Virus record (IMG/VR): IMGVR_UViG_3300025133_000026
From: a virus
Reading direction: 5' to 3' (one strand)
DNA length: 64,000 nt
Part shown: piece after piece, positions 28,067 through 37,135 of the stretch
Layout: every line of letters begins with the position of its first letter
Position numbering within the stretch: position 1 is the stretch's first letter
The notes under the pieces: generated by a model
What the model saw: the letters and a program-made list of their open reading frames with translations, nothing else
What the model was told of the DNA's origin: nothing
Databases searched by the model: none
Program-made: the position numbers and the translations under genes

Positions 28067-28594
28067 ATGGAAACATTGTATATCAACCGTCCCAATCAGT
28101 ACGCTATTTACAAAGGCATTAAAGGAAATAACGGAGCCATTCAATTTAACTTGATTCCGTTTGACCCCGCGCGTGCAAACGTAGATGATGATCGCAAACT
28201 GCAAGAAAAAGACAAAAAAGGTTGGTTGCTTATCGATGCAGCCAGTGCTTCTGGACCCAATCAATATGATTGGAGCACAGATATTAAATTCTCTATGTCT
28301 GAAACAGATATTGGCAAGTTTCTTGTTGGTATCGGTCGAATGGGGAGTGAAGGAGACACTTTAGTTAATATCTTTCACAAACATGAAAAGACAGGGGCCA
28401 CTAAGAAACTAATCATTACACAAGGCAGAGTGTATCAAGGTAATCCAACCTGGATGTTTGCTCTTCTTTGTACAGACAGTACAGGCACTCGAAATGTCAA
28501 TGTACCTATTAGCAAAGACGAAATGCTTGTTCTGAAGCTTCTGCTTGAAGCAGCAGTTCCCTCTATTCTTGGATGGAGTGCTCGTAGTGTCTAA
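28067..28594 (+). CDS. Whirly-family ssDNA-binding protein
   Basis: YAIYKG, GWLL..A.A.G..QYDWS...FS.S.T.IG, FH, VPISKDE..VL, P.ILGW. These match plant Whirly blocks in order. Confidence 0.75.
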   Translation: METLYINRPNQYAIYKGIKGNNGAIQFNLIPFDPARANVDDDRKLQEKDKKGWLLIDAASASGPNQYDWSTDIKFSMSETDIGKFLVGIGRMGSEGDTLVNIFHKHEKTGATKKLIITQGRVYQGNPTWMFALLCTDSTGTRNVNVPISKDEMLVLKLLLEAAVPSILGWSARSV

Positions 28595-28937
28595 GCCAAT
28601 TGTAAATGCACATATCTTCGCTCAACTTTTTGACGAAATGGCTTGGGGTGGTCTAGTCTTACTAGAAAGTTCTGAATTTGAAAAACAACAAAGATTAGAA
28701 TTTACACTTCCCTTACCCGCTAACGCTGATCCTTCTTATGCTGAAGAGTCAGTTGTTTATGAGGCTAGCAAAATGCTTCCCATGAGATTAAAATGGCCTG
28801 ACTATATTGTCACAAATTTTATTGTCTCTTCTGAAGAAGTAAAGAAAAGAGTTGAATCTAACGAACACATAAGTAAAAATATGAAACAATATGCCTACCA
28901 AACAACCGTCAGAAAAAACGATAGCACTGGAGAATGA
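28587..28937 (+). CDS. Hypothetical protein
   Basis: GTG 28587 overlaps the Whirly stop. Confidence 0.6.
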   Translation: MSKPIVNAHIFAQLFDEMAWGGLVLLESSEFEKQQRLEFTLPLPANADPSYAEESVVYEASKMLPMRLKWPDYIVTNFIVSSEEVKKRVESNEHISKNMKQYAYQTTVRKNDSTGE

Positions 28938-28947
28938 AAAGGGAGAG

Positions 28948-29274
28948 ATGCTTAACCTCTTAGATTTGGTCTCACAAATCTTAGACAAAAGCACATCATC
29001 TCAAATAGATGAAAAATCTCAACTTCTTTCAGCAATTAGTGCAACTCAAATTGTTAAAGATATGGGACAACGAGGATCAGATGAGGTTATTGCCTTATAT
29101 AAAATCTATCCAAACTTGATACCTTTACTGGCTGGTGTATTCCAGACAGGGCTTAAACTTGGCCTATTCATTGCACGAAAAAACATTAAGATTACATTAC
29201 AGGAATCTAATGCAGAAAGTGATCAGTCAAGTAGCCAAACTAATAGTTCCAATAGTCATACCGATTCTAATTGA
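28948..29274 (+). CDS. Hypothetical protein
   Basis: ATG 28948 after GGGAG. Confidence 0.6.
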   Translation: MLNLLDLVSQILDKSTSSQIDEKSQLLSAISATQIVKDMGQRGSDEVIALYKIYPNLIPLLAGVFQTGLKLGLFIARKNIKITLQESNAESDQSSSQTNSSNSHTDSN

Positions 29275-29345
29275 GATGACTCTTAAAGAGTTCTTCGGAT
29301 TATCTGAAGACAAAATAAAACAACATGTAGAAAACAGGAGAAAAA

Positions 29346-29687
29346 ATGAGTGATTTGAAAGTAACCAATGTAAAGTTCTGGCCGCGCACCGGTAACGGTG
29401 CCCTCAAGGCTTTTGCCGATGTAGAGTTTAACGGAGAGATGACCGTCAAGGGATTCTCTGTGTTCTCTGGTCAGAACGGCATCTGGGCGAAGGCCCCTTC
29501 CGACAGAGTAGAAAAGAATGGTGAGACGCAGTATTACCCGCGTATCATGTTCCGTTCTACCGGCGAGGAGAAGAGTACTCATCCAGTGCTCAAGGCCATT
29601 GTCGATGCTTATACTGGTGGTTCGTCTGCCCAGACTAAGTCTACCCCTCAACCGGCAGATGCAGGTCTTGGTAGCGATCCCTGGTAA
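29346..29687 (+). CDS. spoVG: SpoVG-family nucleic-acid-binding protein
   Basis: VTNVKF, LKAFADVEF, VKGFSV..GQNG.W...PS, YYP; SSB-like acidic DPW tail. Confidence 0.85.
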   Translation: MSDLKVTNVKFWPRTGNGALKAFADVEFNGEMTVKGFSVFSGQNGIWAKAPSDRVEKNGETQYYPRIMFRSTGEEKSTHPVLKAIVDAYTGGSSAQTKSTPQPADAGLGSDPW

Positions 29688-29705
29688 ACATAGAGTAACT
29701 CTCAA

Positions 29706-29740
29706 AACAAGGGGCGGGGAGAAATCTCCGCCCCTTTGTT
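29706..29740 (+). terminator. Rho-independent terminator
   Basis: aacaa-ggggcg..gaga / tctc-cgcccc-tttgtt hairpin after spoVG. Confidence 0.75.
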
Positions 29741-29756
29741 ATTGAAAAGAGAACGC

Positions 29757-29915
29757 GTGGACAAATTCAAAAATATAGAGCCCAACCTTATTGAATTGTT
29801 TAAATTTATTCGTCAGTTCTATCCTAAATTAGAGCAAGAAATTGTATACAAAGCTCTTCTTACCGACAAGAAGAGTAAATTTGTACAATATATTCTAGAA
29901 GAAGGAGAAGAATAG
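29757..29915 (+). CDS. Uncalled 52-aa ORF with the shared motif
   Basis: GTG 29757 to TAG 29915: MDKFKNIEPNLIELFKFIRQFYPKLEQEIVYKALLTDKKSKFVQYILEEGEE. It abuts the next start. Confidence 0.6.
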   Translation: MDKFKNIEPNLIELFKFIRQFYPKLEQEIVYKALLTDKKSKFVQYILEEGEE

Positions 29916-30233
29916 GTGATAAACTGGGGAAGTCCTTCCAATATAGTTTTATCCAAGATTGATTTAAGACCTGGATTCTCCTGGAGACTTACTTACAAAT
30001 GTTGGGGTTGGCATATACACTTCTTTCATAAAAGCAATGGTACTTGGTATTGGCAACACAATCCAGACATACTTAGCTACGCACGACCATTAACAATTCC
30101 CCCCGAGCCTGTACGTCGAGAGGAATTTAAAAATTGGATAAAAGATAAACTTTATATTCAGTTAATAACCCCAACAAAAAACAATGAACTTATAGAGGTT
30201 TTAGAAACAATGCTTGTTGAAGCAGAGGATTGA
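29916..30233 (+). CDS. Hypothetical protein, tandem family B
   Basis: W.LT..C.G.H....KS..W; FKNWIKDKLYIQLIT..ELIEVLE. Confidence 0.65.
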   Translation: MINWGSPSNIVLSKIDLRPGFSWRLTYKCWGWHIHFFHKSNGTWYWQHNPDILSYARPLTIPPEPVRREEFKNWIKDKLYIQLITPTKNNELIEVLETMLVEAED

Positions 30234-30576
30234 GGTGGGTTTGCCACCACCATATAAAATGAAGCTAGAGAAAGTTAAAAACACTTGGGTTTTAACTTTT
30301 CGTACATTTGGAAACCATTGTATTTCTATTAACAAATCACAAGAAGGATGGTTCTTCGAGACTATCGGCAGAGGTCTTGCCATAACAGATTCTATCGACA
30401 AGCTTCTTCTTCGAACATATCTATCTCATTATCCATATCTATATAGATTTAAAGCATGGCTAGAAGAAGAACTCTATACAGCATGGATGACAGATAATCC
30501 CGAACACTTAGAGATTTTGGAAATTCTATTAAATAATACTAAAAAGCATATACAGCGGTGGGAAACAAAACTATGA
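30214..30576 (+). CDS. Hypothetical protein, tandem family B
   Basis: WVLT....G.H....KS..W; FKAWLEEELYTAWMT..EHLEILE. Confidence 0.65.
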   Translation: MLKQRIEVGLPPPYKMKLEKVKNTWVLTFRTFGNHCISINKSQEGWFFETIGRGLAITDSIDKLLLRTYLSHYPYLYRFKAWLEEELYTAWMTDNPEHLEILEILLNNTKKHIQRWETKL

Positions 30577-31079
30577 AAGAAACACTTGAAACCCTTAAAA
30601 AAGGGAAAGAAAAACTTAAAGAATTCTCTACTCTTATTGGGACTCACTATCTTGTTGATGGGAAGACTCCCGATCAGTGGAGACAAGAATTTACTATTAA
30701 CATAGGAAAAGACCCGAACATTGAAGAAGTGCGCCGGACTTCTGCCGCTCTTGTTCGGCTCATCAATATTGCATCTTTCTATAAAGCTAATGCTCAATTA
30801 GTCTTTGATGGTATTAGTCATGGTTCTCACGACCAGTACCTCAGTGCTTTTGAAAAGCAAGTAGACAAATATAAGGTTGATGGTAAACGACTTCCATCAC
30901 AGAAAACACTTGAGTCTCTAGCAGAAAGCTCAATGAAAGATCTTAACTCTGCTAAAGCTAATGCTGGAATGAAGCTTCGCTTCTGGAAAGATATTGTCCA
31001 AGGTCTTGTTGAGCAAAGGAAAAGCTTAGAAATGATTATGTGGTCAATCAATATTGAAATGAAGAAAGAAACATACTGA
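30573..31079 (+). CDS. Coiled-coil protein (possible recombination mediator)
   Basis: All-helical. The functional guess is weak. Confidence 0.6.
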   Translation: MKETLETLKKGKEKLKEFSTLIGTHYLVDGKTPDQWRQEFTINIGKDPNIEEVRRTSAALVRLINIASFYKANAQLVFDGISHGSHDQYLSAFEKQVDKYKVDGKRLPSQKTLESLAESSMKDLNSAKANAGMKLRFWKDIVQGLVEQRKSLEMIMWSINIEMKKETY

Positions 31080-31081
31080 TT

Positions 31082-31450
31082 TTGTTCAATATGTCTGTTA
31101 CTTACTCATGGCCGCCACCATCACGAGTTAAATACTATTTTTTCTTTGAAGAAAAAGAACTCTCTTTAAAGAGAGTTCTTATTATCTCTTCCTCTAGAAA
31201 ACCTGCTTATTTATGTAAAGTAAGCTCTCTTATCTATGGAGGAAAGAATCGCTGGCGTGCGCCTGAAGATGTTGTGTGGAGAAATCTTGAAGAAAGTCTT
31301 GCATTGAAAACATCTTTTTATTGCAAAGCTCTTCAAGAGGCAGCAAAAGAAAAATATTACAAGCTCATTATGAATAATTTAGATAATTGGATACTTCAAC
31401 CTCTTCAAGAATTGATAGATATAGACCTTAGTCAGATTGTGAGAGACTAA
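31082..31450 (+). CDS. Hypothetical protein with the shared motif
   Basis: AKEKYYKLIMNN. Confidence 0.6.
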   Translation: MFNMSVTYSWPPPSRVKYYFFFEEKELSLKRVLIISSSRKPAYLCKVSSLIYGGKNRWRAPEDVVWRNLEESLALKTSFYCKALQEAAKEKYYKLIMNNLDNWILQPLQELIDIDLSQIVRD

Positions 31451-31493
31451 TGGGTGCTCCTATAGTCAAACCACTTACATCCCATATACCCAT

Positions 31494-31580
31494 ATGATGA
31501 AAGAAAAAGAAGATACATTAGAAATTTCTATTCTTACAGCTTTGTATAAAGCTTTACTAGAAGTTCAGCATACAGTATAA
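31494..31580 (+). CDS. Possible 28-aa micro-ORF consisting largely of the shared motif
   Basis: MMKEKEDTLEISILTALYKALLEVQHTV*. Confidence 0.35.
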   Translation: MMKEKEDTLEISILTALYKALLEVQHTV

Positions 31581-31601
31581 TAAGCACCCCAAGGAGAATA
31601 A

Positions 31602-32240
31602 ATGCCAACAACTTTTCTATTACTATTGAGCTGTACTCAAGACATTTTCGATACAGCAGCAGAAGAAGACGGTTGGCTCGGAGGATCACCGGAGACTCCT
31701 ATCATTGTAGACTTTACAGAATCTGAAGTAGAAGATACCGGGGTGGTTAAAGAAAACAACCTAACTGAAATAATAGAAGAAAATTGTTATGTTCAAATGG
31801 GTACAAAACTTTGTGACTTCACCTTGACAAATCAGATGGGAACAGATATTACTCTTTCCGATTATTCAGGATCTTATATTCTATTAGATTTCTCTGCAAT
31901 GTGGTGCGGACCTTGTCAAAGTGCAGCAGCTGCAGCCCAGGATCTTCAAAATAATTATTCTGACAAGAATGTTAAATACATTATTGTCTTACTTGAGGAT
32001 TATTACAGTCAAGAGTTAGACTTAAAAGATCTTAATGATTGGTCAGACACATTTGGCCTAACAACTATAAATACATTGGGCGGATCAAGAGCATTGCTTC
32101 AGTCAAGCGGAGGACCATATCCTCTTTCATCCTGGCCCACCTTTTACTATATTAATAAGGAAGGAATTGTAGAGTATTACCACTCTGGATATTCAGAAGA
32201 AGCTCTACAACATAACCTCGATTACTTAACCTCGCAATAA
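31602..32240 (+). CDS. TlpA-like thioredoxin-fold lipoprotein
   Basis: Lipobox LLSC; acidic linker; DFTL.NQ.G; LLDFSAMWCGPC; WPTFYYINKEG. Confidence 0.88.
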   Translation: MPTTFLLLLSCTQDIFDTAAEEDGWLGGSPETPIIVDFTESEVEDTGVVKENNLTEIIEENCYVQMGTKLCDFTLTNQMGTDITLSDYSGSYILLDFSAMWCGPCQSAAAAAQDLQNNYSDKNVKYIIVLLEDYYSQELDLKDLNDWSDTFGLTTINTLGGSRALLQSSGGPYPLSSWPTFYYINKEGIVEYYHSGYSEEALQHNLDYLTSQ

Positions 32241-32259
32241 GTCTCTATACAGGCTCGAG

Positions 32260-34668
32260 ATGACCTATACAGAAGAGCAAGCCAAGCAGGCTTGCTTAGA
32301 ATACTTTAATAATGATTTTTTAGCTGCAGATACTGTTGTTAAAAAATATCTACTCAGAAACCTTAATGGTGAACTATTAGAGGTCTCTCCAACAGACATG
32401 CATCGGCGTTTGGCTAAAGAATTTGCACGAATTGAAAGTAATTACCCTAGTCCTCTTTCAGAAGAAGAGATTCTTTCACAACTTGAAAGATTTTCTAAGA
32501 TTATTCCTCAAGGTTCTCCCATGTATGGGATTGGAAATCCAAGACCTGTGTCTTTGAGTAATTGTGTTGTGATTGATAGTCCTAAAGATAATATCTCTGC
32601 AATCTTTGAAGGTGCACGAGATATTGCGAACCTAAGCAAAAGACGATGTGGAATTGGTGTAGACATTAGTCAGCTACGACCAGACGGGACTGTTGTTAAC
32701 AATGCAGCACAGACGACTACTGGAGCTTGGAGCTTTGCTGATCTTTACAGCTATACGCTAAGAAAGATTGGACAAAAAGGCCGGCGAGGTGCTGGTATGA
32801 TCTCTATAGATGTACGACATCCAGATATAGAGAAGTTTATTACCATGAAAAAGGATCTAACTAAAGTTACTGGCGCTAATATTAGCATTAGAATCAGAGA
32901 TGATTTTATGGAGGCAGTAGAAGCCGACACTGACTTTACTTTACGTTGGCCTGTGGATAGTAAAAACCCAAGCATTACAAGAATAGTAAAAGCAAAAGAG
33001 CTATGGAGTTTAATCACAACAACTGCCACGACTACAGCAGAGCCTGGACTAATGATGTGGGATAACATCATCAATCATCTTCCAGCTCACTGTTATAAAG
33101 GATTTGAAACATTAACAACCAACCCTTGCGGCGAGGTCCCCTTGTCTGCTTATGATAGTTGCCGTTTGATCACTATAAATCTAACTTCTTTTGTCCAGAA
33201 TCCCTATACTTCACAGGCTAATTTTAATATAGATGATTTTAAAAACACAGTTCGCATTGCTATGCGTCTTTGTGATGATCTAGTAGATCTTGAGCTTGAA
33301 AAACTTGAATTGATTTATCAATCTGCAGATACAGAAGATGAAAAAGTTTTATGGCAACAACTCAGAAATTCTTGTGAAAAAGGACGCCGCACTGGCTTAG
33401 GAACAACAGGCCTTGCAGATGCACTAGCTATGCTTAACCTTGAATATGGGTCAACAAATAGTCTTTATCATATAGAGAATCTTTATGAAATATTTAAGTT
33501 AGAAGCTTACAAAGAATCAGCAAGTCTTGCACAAGAAAGAGGAGCATTTCCCGTTTGGAAACCAGGCGTAGAAGAAGACTGTAAGTTCTTTGATCCTTTT
33601 CCTTTGGGGCTTGTTGAAAAGATGGAAGCTCATGGACGCCGAAACATATCTATCTTAACAAATGCTCCAACAGGATCATGTTCTATCTTAGCTCAATGTT
33701 CATCAGGAATAGAGCCTATCTACAGATTAGAGTACACACGTAGAAAGAAATTATCTCATGACGAACTAGAAAATAGTTCAGATTTTATCGACAAAGATGG
33801 AGAGAAGTGGAAAGAGTTTACTGTCTTCCATCATGCCTATAATGAATATAGAAAACTAACAAAGAAAACTACTTCTTCAAAGTTTTTCGTTACCTCTGAT
33901 CAAATAGATTGGAGTGCTCGTATTGACGTACAGGCAGCCATACAGCGGCATATTGATCACAGCATTAGCTCGACCATCAATCTACCCAAAGGAACACCTG
34001 TAGACGTCGTTAAAGAGCTTTATATGAAAGCCTGGAAGGAAGGCCTCAAGGGAGTTACCGTTTATGTAGAGGGGTCTCGAGCAGGTGTTCTGGTATCGAA
34101 AGATATTCAATCAACCAAAGACTTGATTACAGAAACAACAGCTCCTAAACGACCACAAGAACTTCCTTGTGAAATCCATCATAGATCTGTGAAGGGCGAG
34201 AAGTGGACAATCTTACTTGGTCTATTAGACGATAAACCTTATGAAGTATTTGCCGGACCTGCAGAAAATATTGATATTGCCACTAAATTTACAACTGGAA
34301 CAATCTTTAAATATCCAAGAAAAACAATTAACTCAAGATATGATTTAGAGTATGGGGAGAACGGCGGGACAACAAAGATAAAGAACATTGTTAAGTGGTT
34401 TGAAAACGATGACTATGGAACAATGAGTCGTCTTGTCAGCATGAATTTAAGACATGGTGTACCTATCCATTACATCTGTGAACAATTACAGAAAGATCCC
34501 AACGGAGATCTTCTCAGTTTTAATAAAGTATTAGGACGTGTTCTCAAAACTCATATTCCAGACGGAACAGACAGAGATAGAATCTGTGGCGAATGTAATA
34601 ACGAAGGCCTGACTTACCAAGAAGGCTGTTTGACATGTACTTCTTGCGGCTACACTAAGTGTAATTAA
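32260..34668 (+). CDS. nrdJ: Class II (B12-dependent) ribonucleotide reductase
   Basis: PQGSP, LSNC, TNPCGEVPL, GRRTGLG, APTGS, ISSTINL; C-terminal Zn ribbon. Confidence 0.95.
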   Translation: MTYTEEQAKQACLEYFNNDFLAADTVVKKYLLRNLNGELLEVSPTDMHRRLAKEFARIESNYPSPLSEEEILSQLERFSKIIPQGSPMYGIGNPRPVSLSNCVVIDSPKDNISAIFEGARDIANLSKRRCGIGVDISQLRPDGTVVNNAAQTTTGAWSFADLYSYTLRKIGQKGRRGAGMISIDVRHPDIEKFITMKKDLTKVTGANISIRIRDDFMEAVEADTDFTLRWPVDSKNPSITRIVKAKELWSLITTTATTTAEPGLMMWDNIINHLPAHCYKGFETLTTNPCGEVPLSAYDSCRLITINLTSFVQNPYTSQANFNIDDFKNTVRIAMRLCDDLVDLELEKLELIYQSADTEDEKVLWQQLRNSCEKGRRTGLGTTGLADALAMLNLEYGSTNSLYHIENLYEIFKLEAYKESASLAQERGAFPVWKPGVEEDCKFFDPFPLGLVEKMEAHGRRNISILTNAPTGSCSILAQCSSGIEPIYRLEYTRRKKLSHDELENSSDFIDKDGEKWKEFTVFHHAYNEYRKLTKKTTSSKFFVTSDQIDWSARIDVQAAIQRHIDHSISSTINLPKGTPVDVVKELYMKAWKEGLKGVTVYVEGSRAGVLVSKDIQSTKDLITETTAPKRPQELPCEIHHRSVKGEKWTILLGLLDDKPYEVFAGPAENIDIATKFTTGTIFKYPRKTINSRYDLEYGENGGTTKIKNIVKWFENDDYGTMSRLVSMNLRHGVPIHYICEQLQKDPNGDLLSFNKVLGRVLKTHIPDGTDRDRICGECNNEGLTYQEGCLTCTSCGYTKCN

Positions 34669-34973
34669 TGTCTCAAGATGAATATTCAGAGATGGGCAAA
34701 CAAATACTAAGAGCCGTTTTCACCTCAGCCGTTTTTGACTACAATAAATATGTTGTCAGAAAGCGCCTTAAGCCCAAAGAAGCATTAGCTTTCTCTACTG
34801 CAAGTCGTCTGTTATTTGACGATGATTATCGAATATTGTATGGGGACTGGGAGCTTTCTCTCGAAGAGCTTCTTTCTGTTATTAATGATAACAAAGAAGT
34901 AGATCTCGAAATAGTTAGAGAAAATATTATAAACAAGGCTTATCAGAGAAAATCAAGAAAAAAGAAAACATGA
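34668..34973 (+). CDS. Hypothetical protein
   Basis: TAATG overlap with nrdJ. Confidence 0.65.
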   Translation: MSQDEYSEMGKQILRAVFTSAVFDYNKYVVRKRLKPKEALAFSTASRLLFDDDYRILYGDWELSLEELLSVINDNKEVDLEIVRENIINKAYQRKSRKKKT

Positions 34974-35539
34974 TTCCTCCAGTAAAAATTCTTAAAATTA
35001 AAGACGAGACTGAACTAATCTTAGAGCTTGGCTCAACTGAAATTAGTTTTGTAAATGGATGTTTTGAATTACCTCATATGGGGTATGCAACATTCTTTTG
35101 TGAAGTCTTAGCTCAAGCGAACATGATGTCTCTTACTTTTAAAATAACAGAATTGAGAAATGCCAAATATACATTTGGACATACCCTACTGATAGCTGTC
35201 AATGACGACGAGTCTTTCAGAAAAGTTCGAGGAACAAAACCACTTTACAAGTGGGATGAAAGAGTTGATACATTAATATCTTGTCTTCAGGGACTTACTT
35301 CTAGGAATACTTTGTTTTCAGATATTGATAAAATTATTTTCTTTAAAATGGAAGAGACTAATCCCTGCAAATTACTTAGAGTAGTTCAGCCAGGTTATAT
35401 CTATAAAGGCTCAGAATATAAATATAAACAAATTCCTGAGAAAAAAGTTATCAAAAGTTATGGTGGAGAAATTAATTGGATTAAAAATCCAGTCACAATA
35501 CATGGCTCTGATATTAAAAAAAGAATTCTAGAAGGATAA
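34970..35539 (+). CDS. Cytidylyltransferase-fold enzyme, HldC/RfaE domain II (heptose-1-P adenylyltransferase)-like
   Basis: FVNGCFE..H.GY, IAVNDDES, KP....ER, ETNP..L....P....KG.EY. Confidence 0.75.
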   Translation: MIPPVKILKIKDETELILELGSTEISFVNGCFELPHMGYATFFCEVLAQANMMSLTFKITELRNAKYTFGHTLLIAVNDDESFRKVRGTKPLYKWDERVDTLISCLQGLTSRNTLFSDIDKIIFFKMEETNPCKLLRVVQPGYIYKGSEYKYKQIPEKKVIKSYGGEINWIKNPVTIHGSDIKKRILEG

Positions 35540-35541
35540 AA

Positions 35542-36588
35542 TTGGAACAACAGAATACCTACAAGAAAAAAGACCCAACTCAAATTGATGCCCTCTTAGC
35601 TAGACTAACAAAGTCTATGGGCAAGGGAACTATTTTCAGACAAACAGAAGAAAGAGTTTCCGCCTGGCCCGCAATCAGTACTACTTCACTATCTTTAGAC
35701 CATGCATTAGGTATTGGAGGAGTTCCCCAAGGAAGATTTGTTGAACTTCTGGGGATGGAGAGTAGTGGCAAAACCACAATGGCGTTACATATGATTGCTG
35801 AAGCTCAAAAATTAGGAGCAACAGTCGCTTTCGTTGACGCAGAGCATGCTCTTGACCCCAACTATGCTGCAGCTCTTGGGGTAGATATGGACAACATGTT
35901 AATCTCTCAGCCCAATACTGGAGAAGAAGCACTGAATATAGTTGATGAGTTAGTTCGTTCTCAATTGATTGATCTTGTTGTTGTAGACTCTGTCGCCGCC
36001 CTTGTACCGAAGGCAGAACTGGAAGGCGGGATGGATGAACAGCAAATGGGGCTACAAGCAAGACTCATGAGTAAAGCTTGTCGAAAGCTTACACCACTTG
36101 CTCATAAAAACAACGTAACCGTTCTTTGGATTAATCAATACAGAAGCAAGATAGGAGTCTTCTTCGGCTCTCCTCATGTTGGGGCAGGAGGAAATGCATT
36201 GAAATACTACTGTTCAGTTCGAATGAAAGTCAGTCGAACAAAGACAGAGAAAACCCAGGGAGAAGCGACTCATAACAGGACTAAGGTAGAAATTATTAAA
36301 AACAAAATGGCACCACCATACAAGCAAGCACAGTTTGACATTCGCTTTGGCGTTGGCATAGATCAAGTTGGAGAACTTATTGATATTGGTGTCTTGCATA
36401 AAATTATTAGAAAAGCAGGTCCTTACTTTTATCTAGAAGCGGAGAACGTTAAATTAGGTCAAGGGAAAACTAATTCCATTAACTTCTTAAAGGAAAATCC
36501 TGAAATACAAACTCAATTGAAAACAGCTGTCATAGATGCTCTCTATCCCCAAGAGGAGGACGAGGAGATTATGGATGGCCTGGAGTAG
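35542..36588 (+). CDS. recA: RecA recombinase
   Basis: GMESSGKTT, FVDAEHALDP, SQPNTGEEAL, VVDSVAAL, GLQARLMS, KNKMAPP; TTG start. Confidence 0.97.
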   Translation: MEQQNTYKKKDPTQIDALLARLTKSMGKGTIFRQTEERVSAWPAISTTSLSLDHALGIGGVPQGRFVELLGMESSGKTTMALHMIAEAQKLGATVAFVDAEHALDPNYAAALGVDMDNMLISQPNTGEEALNIVDELVRSQLIDLVVVDSVAALVPKAELEGGMDEQQMGLQARLMSKACRKLTPLAHKNNVTVLWINQYRSKIGVFFGSPHVGAGGNALKYYCSVRMKVSRTKTEKTQGEATHNRTKVEIIKNKMAPPYKQAQFDIRFGVGIDQVGELIDIGVLHKIIRKAGPYFYLEAENVKLGQGKTNSINFLKENPEIQTQLKTAVIDALYPQEEDEEIMDGLE

Positions 36589-37135
36589 CCCAATTGAAGA
36601 TAAGTTCAATCAAAAGATAAGGCCTTATCTGAAAAGATCACCAAAAGTAACACTCTCAAAAGTAACCCCAGGCGATTTAGTCTGGGGTTATTACGATAGC
36701 GCGTGGCAAACAACTGCTTTAATAATTAGACCTCTTGGCTCATTAAAAGCTTTTTGTTCTGAAGAAAATATCTCTAAAGAAATGGTTGAATATATTTATA
36801 GTGAATATCAATTTCTTTTAAAGATTAGACAAAATACAAATCCAGATATAAATATTACTCTTGATCCACAAATTTATAATTGTCTAATTCAACATACAAC
36901 TCCAGAATATATTCTAAAAGAAATCTGGAAGTTTTATGAAACAAATCAAGTAGGGTTGTACACAAAATCTTGTTTTCTTTCTCAATCAATGATTACTATA
37001 AAAGACAAACCCCAGTGGTGGTTTCATTGGATTGATAATGAAATCTTTTTACAAGTTTTAGAACATCCAGATTCATATTCAGCATTTGCTACGAAATATG
37101 ATTATTTTTTAGAACATTCACAGGATTATAGATGA
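36575..37135 (+). CDS. Hypothetical protein
   Basis: ATG 36575 overlaps the recA end. Confidence 0.7.
   Translation: MAWSSPIEDKFNQKIRPYLKRSPKVTLSKVTPGDLVWGYYDSAWQTTALIIRPLGSLKAFCSEENISKEMVEYIYSEYQFLLKIRQNTNPDINITLDPQIYNCLIQHTTPEYILKEIWKFYETNQVGLYTKSCFLSQSMITIKDKPQWWFHWIDNEIFLQVLEHPDSYSAFATKYDYFLEHSQDYR

Noticed and set aside
29283-29705. 140-aa minus-strand ORF
   Set aside because: It is the antisense shadow of the clearly recognisable spoVG gene.
30573-31079. UvsY-like recombination mediator assignment
   Set aside because: Only generic coiled-coil character supports it; no diagnostic residues were recognised.
32751-33074. Minus-strand and off-frame ORFs inside nrdJ, recA, dnaE, the MoxR gene and the primase gene
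   Set aside because: They are fully nested in conserved genes and have no motifs or SD support.
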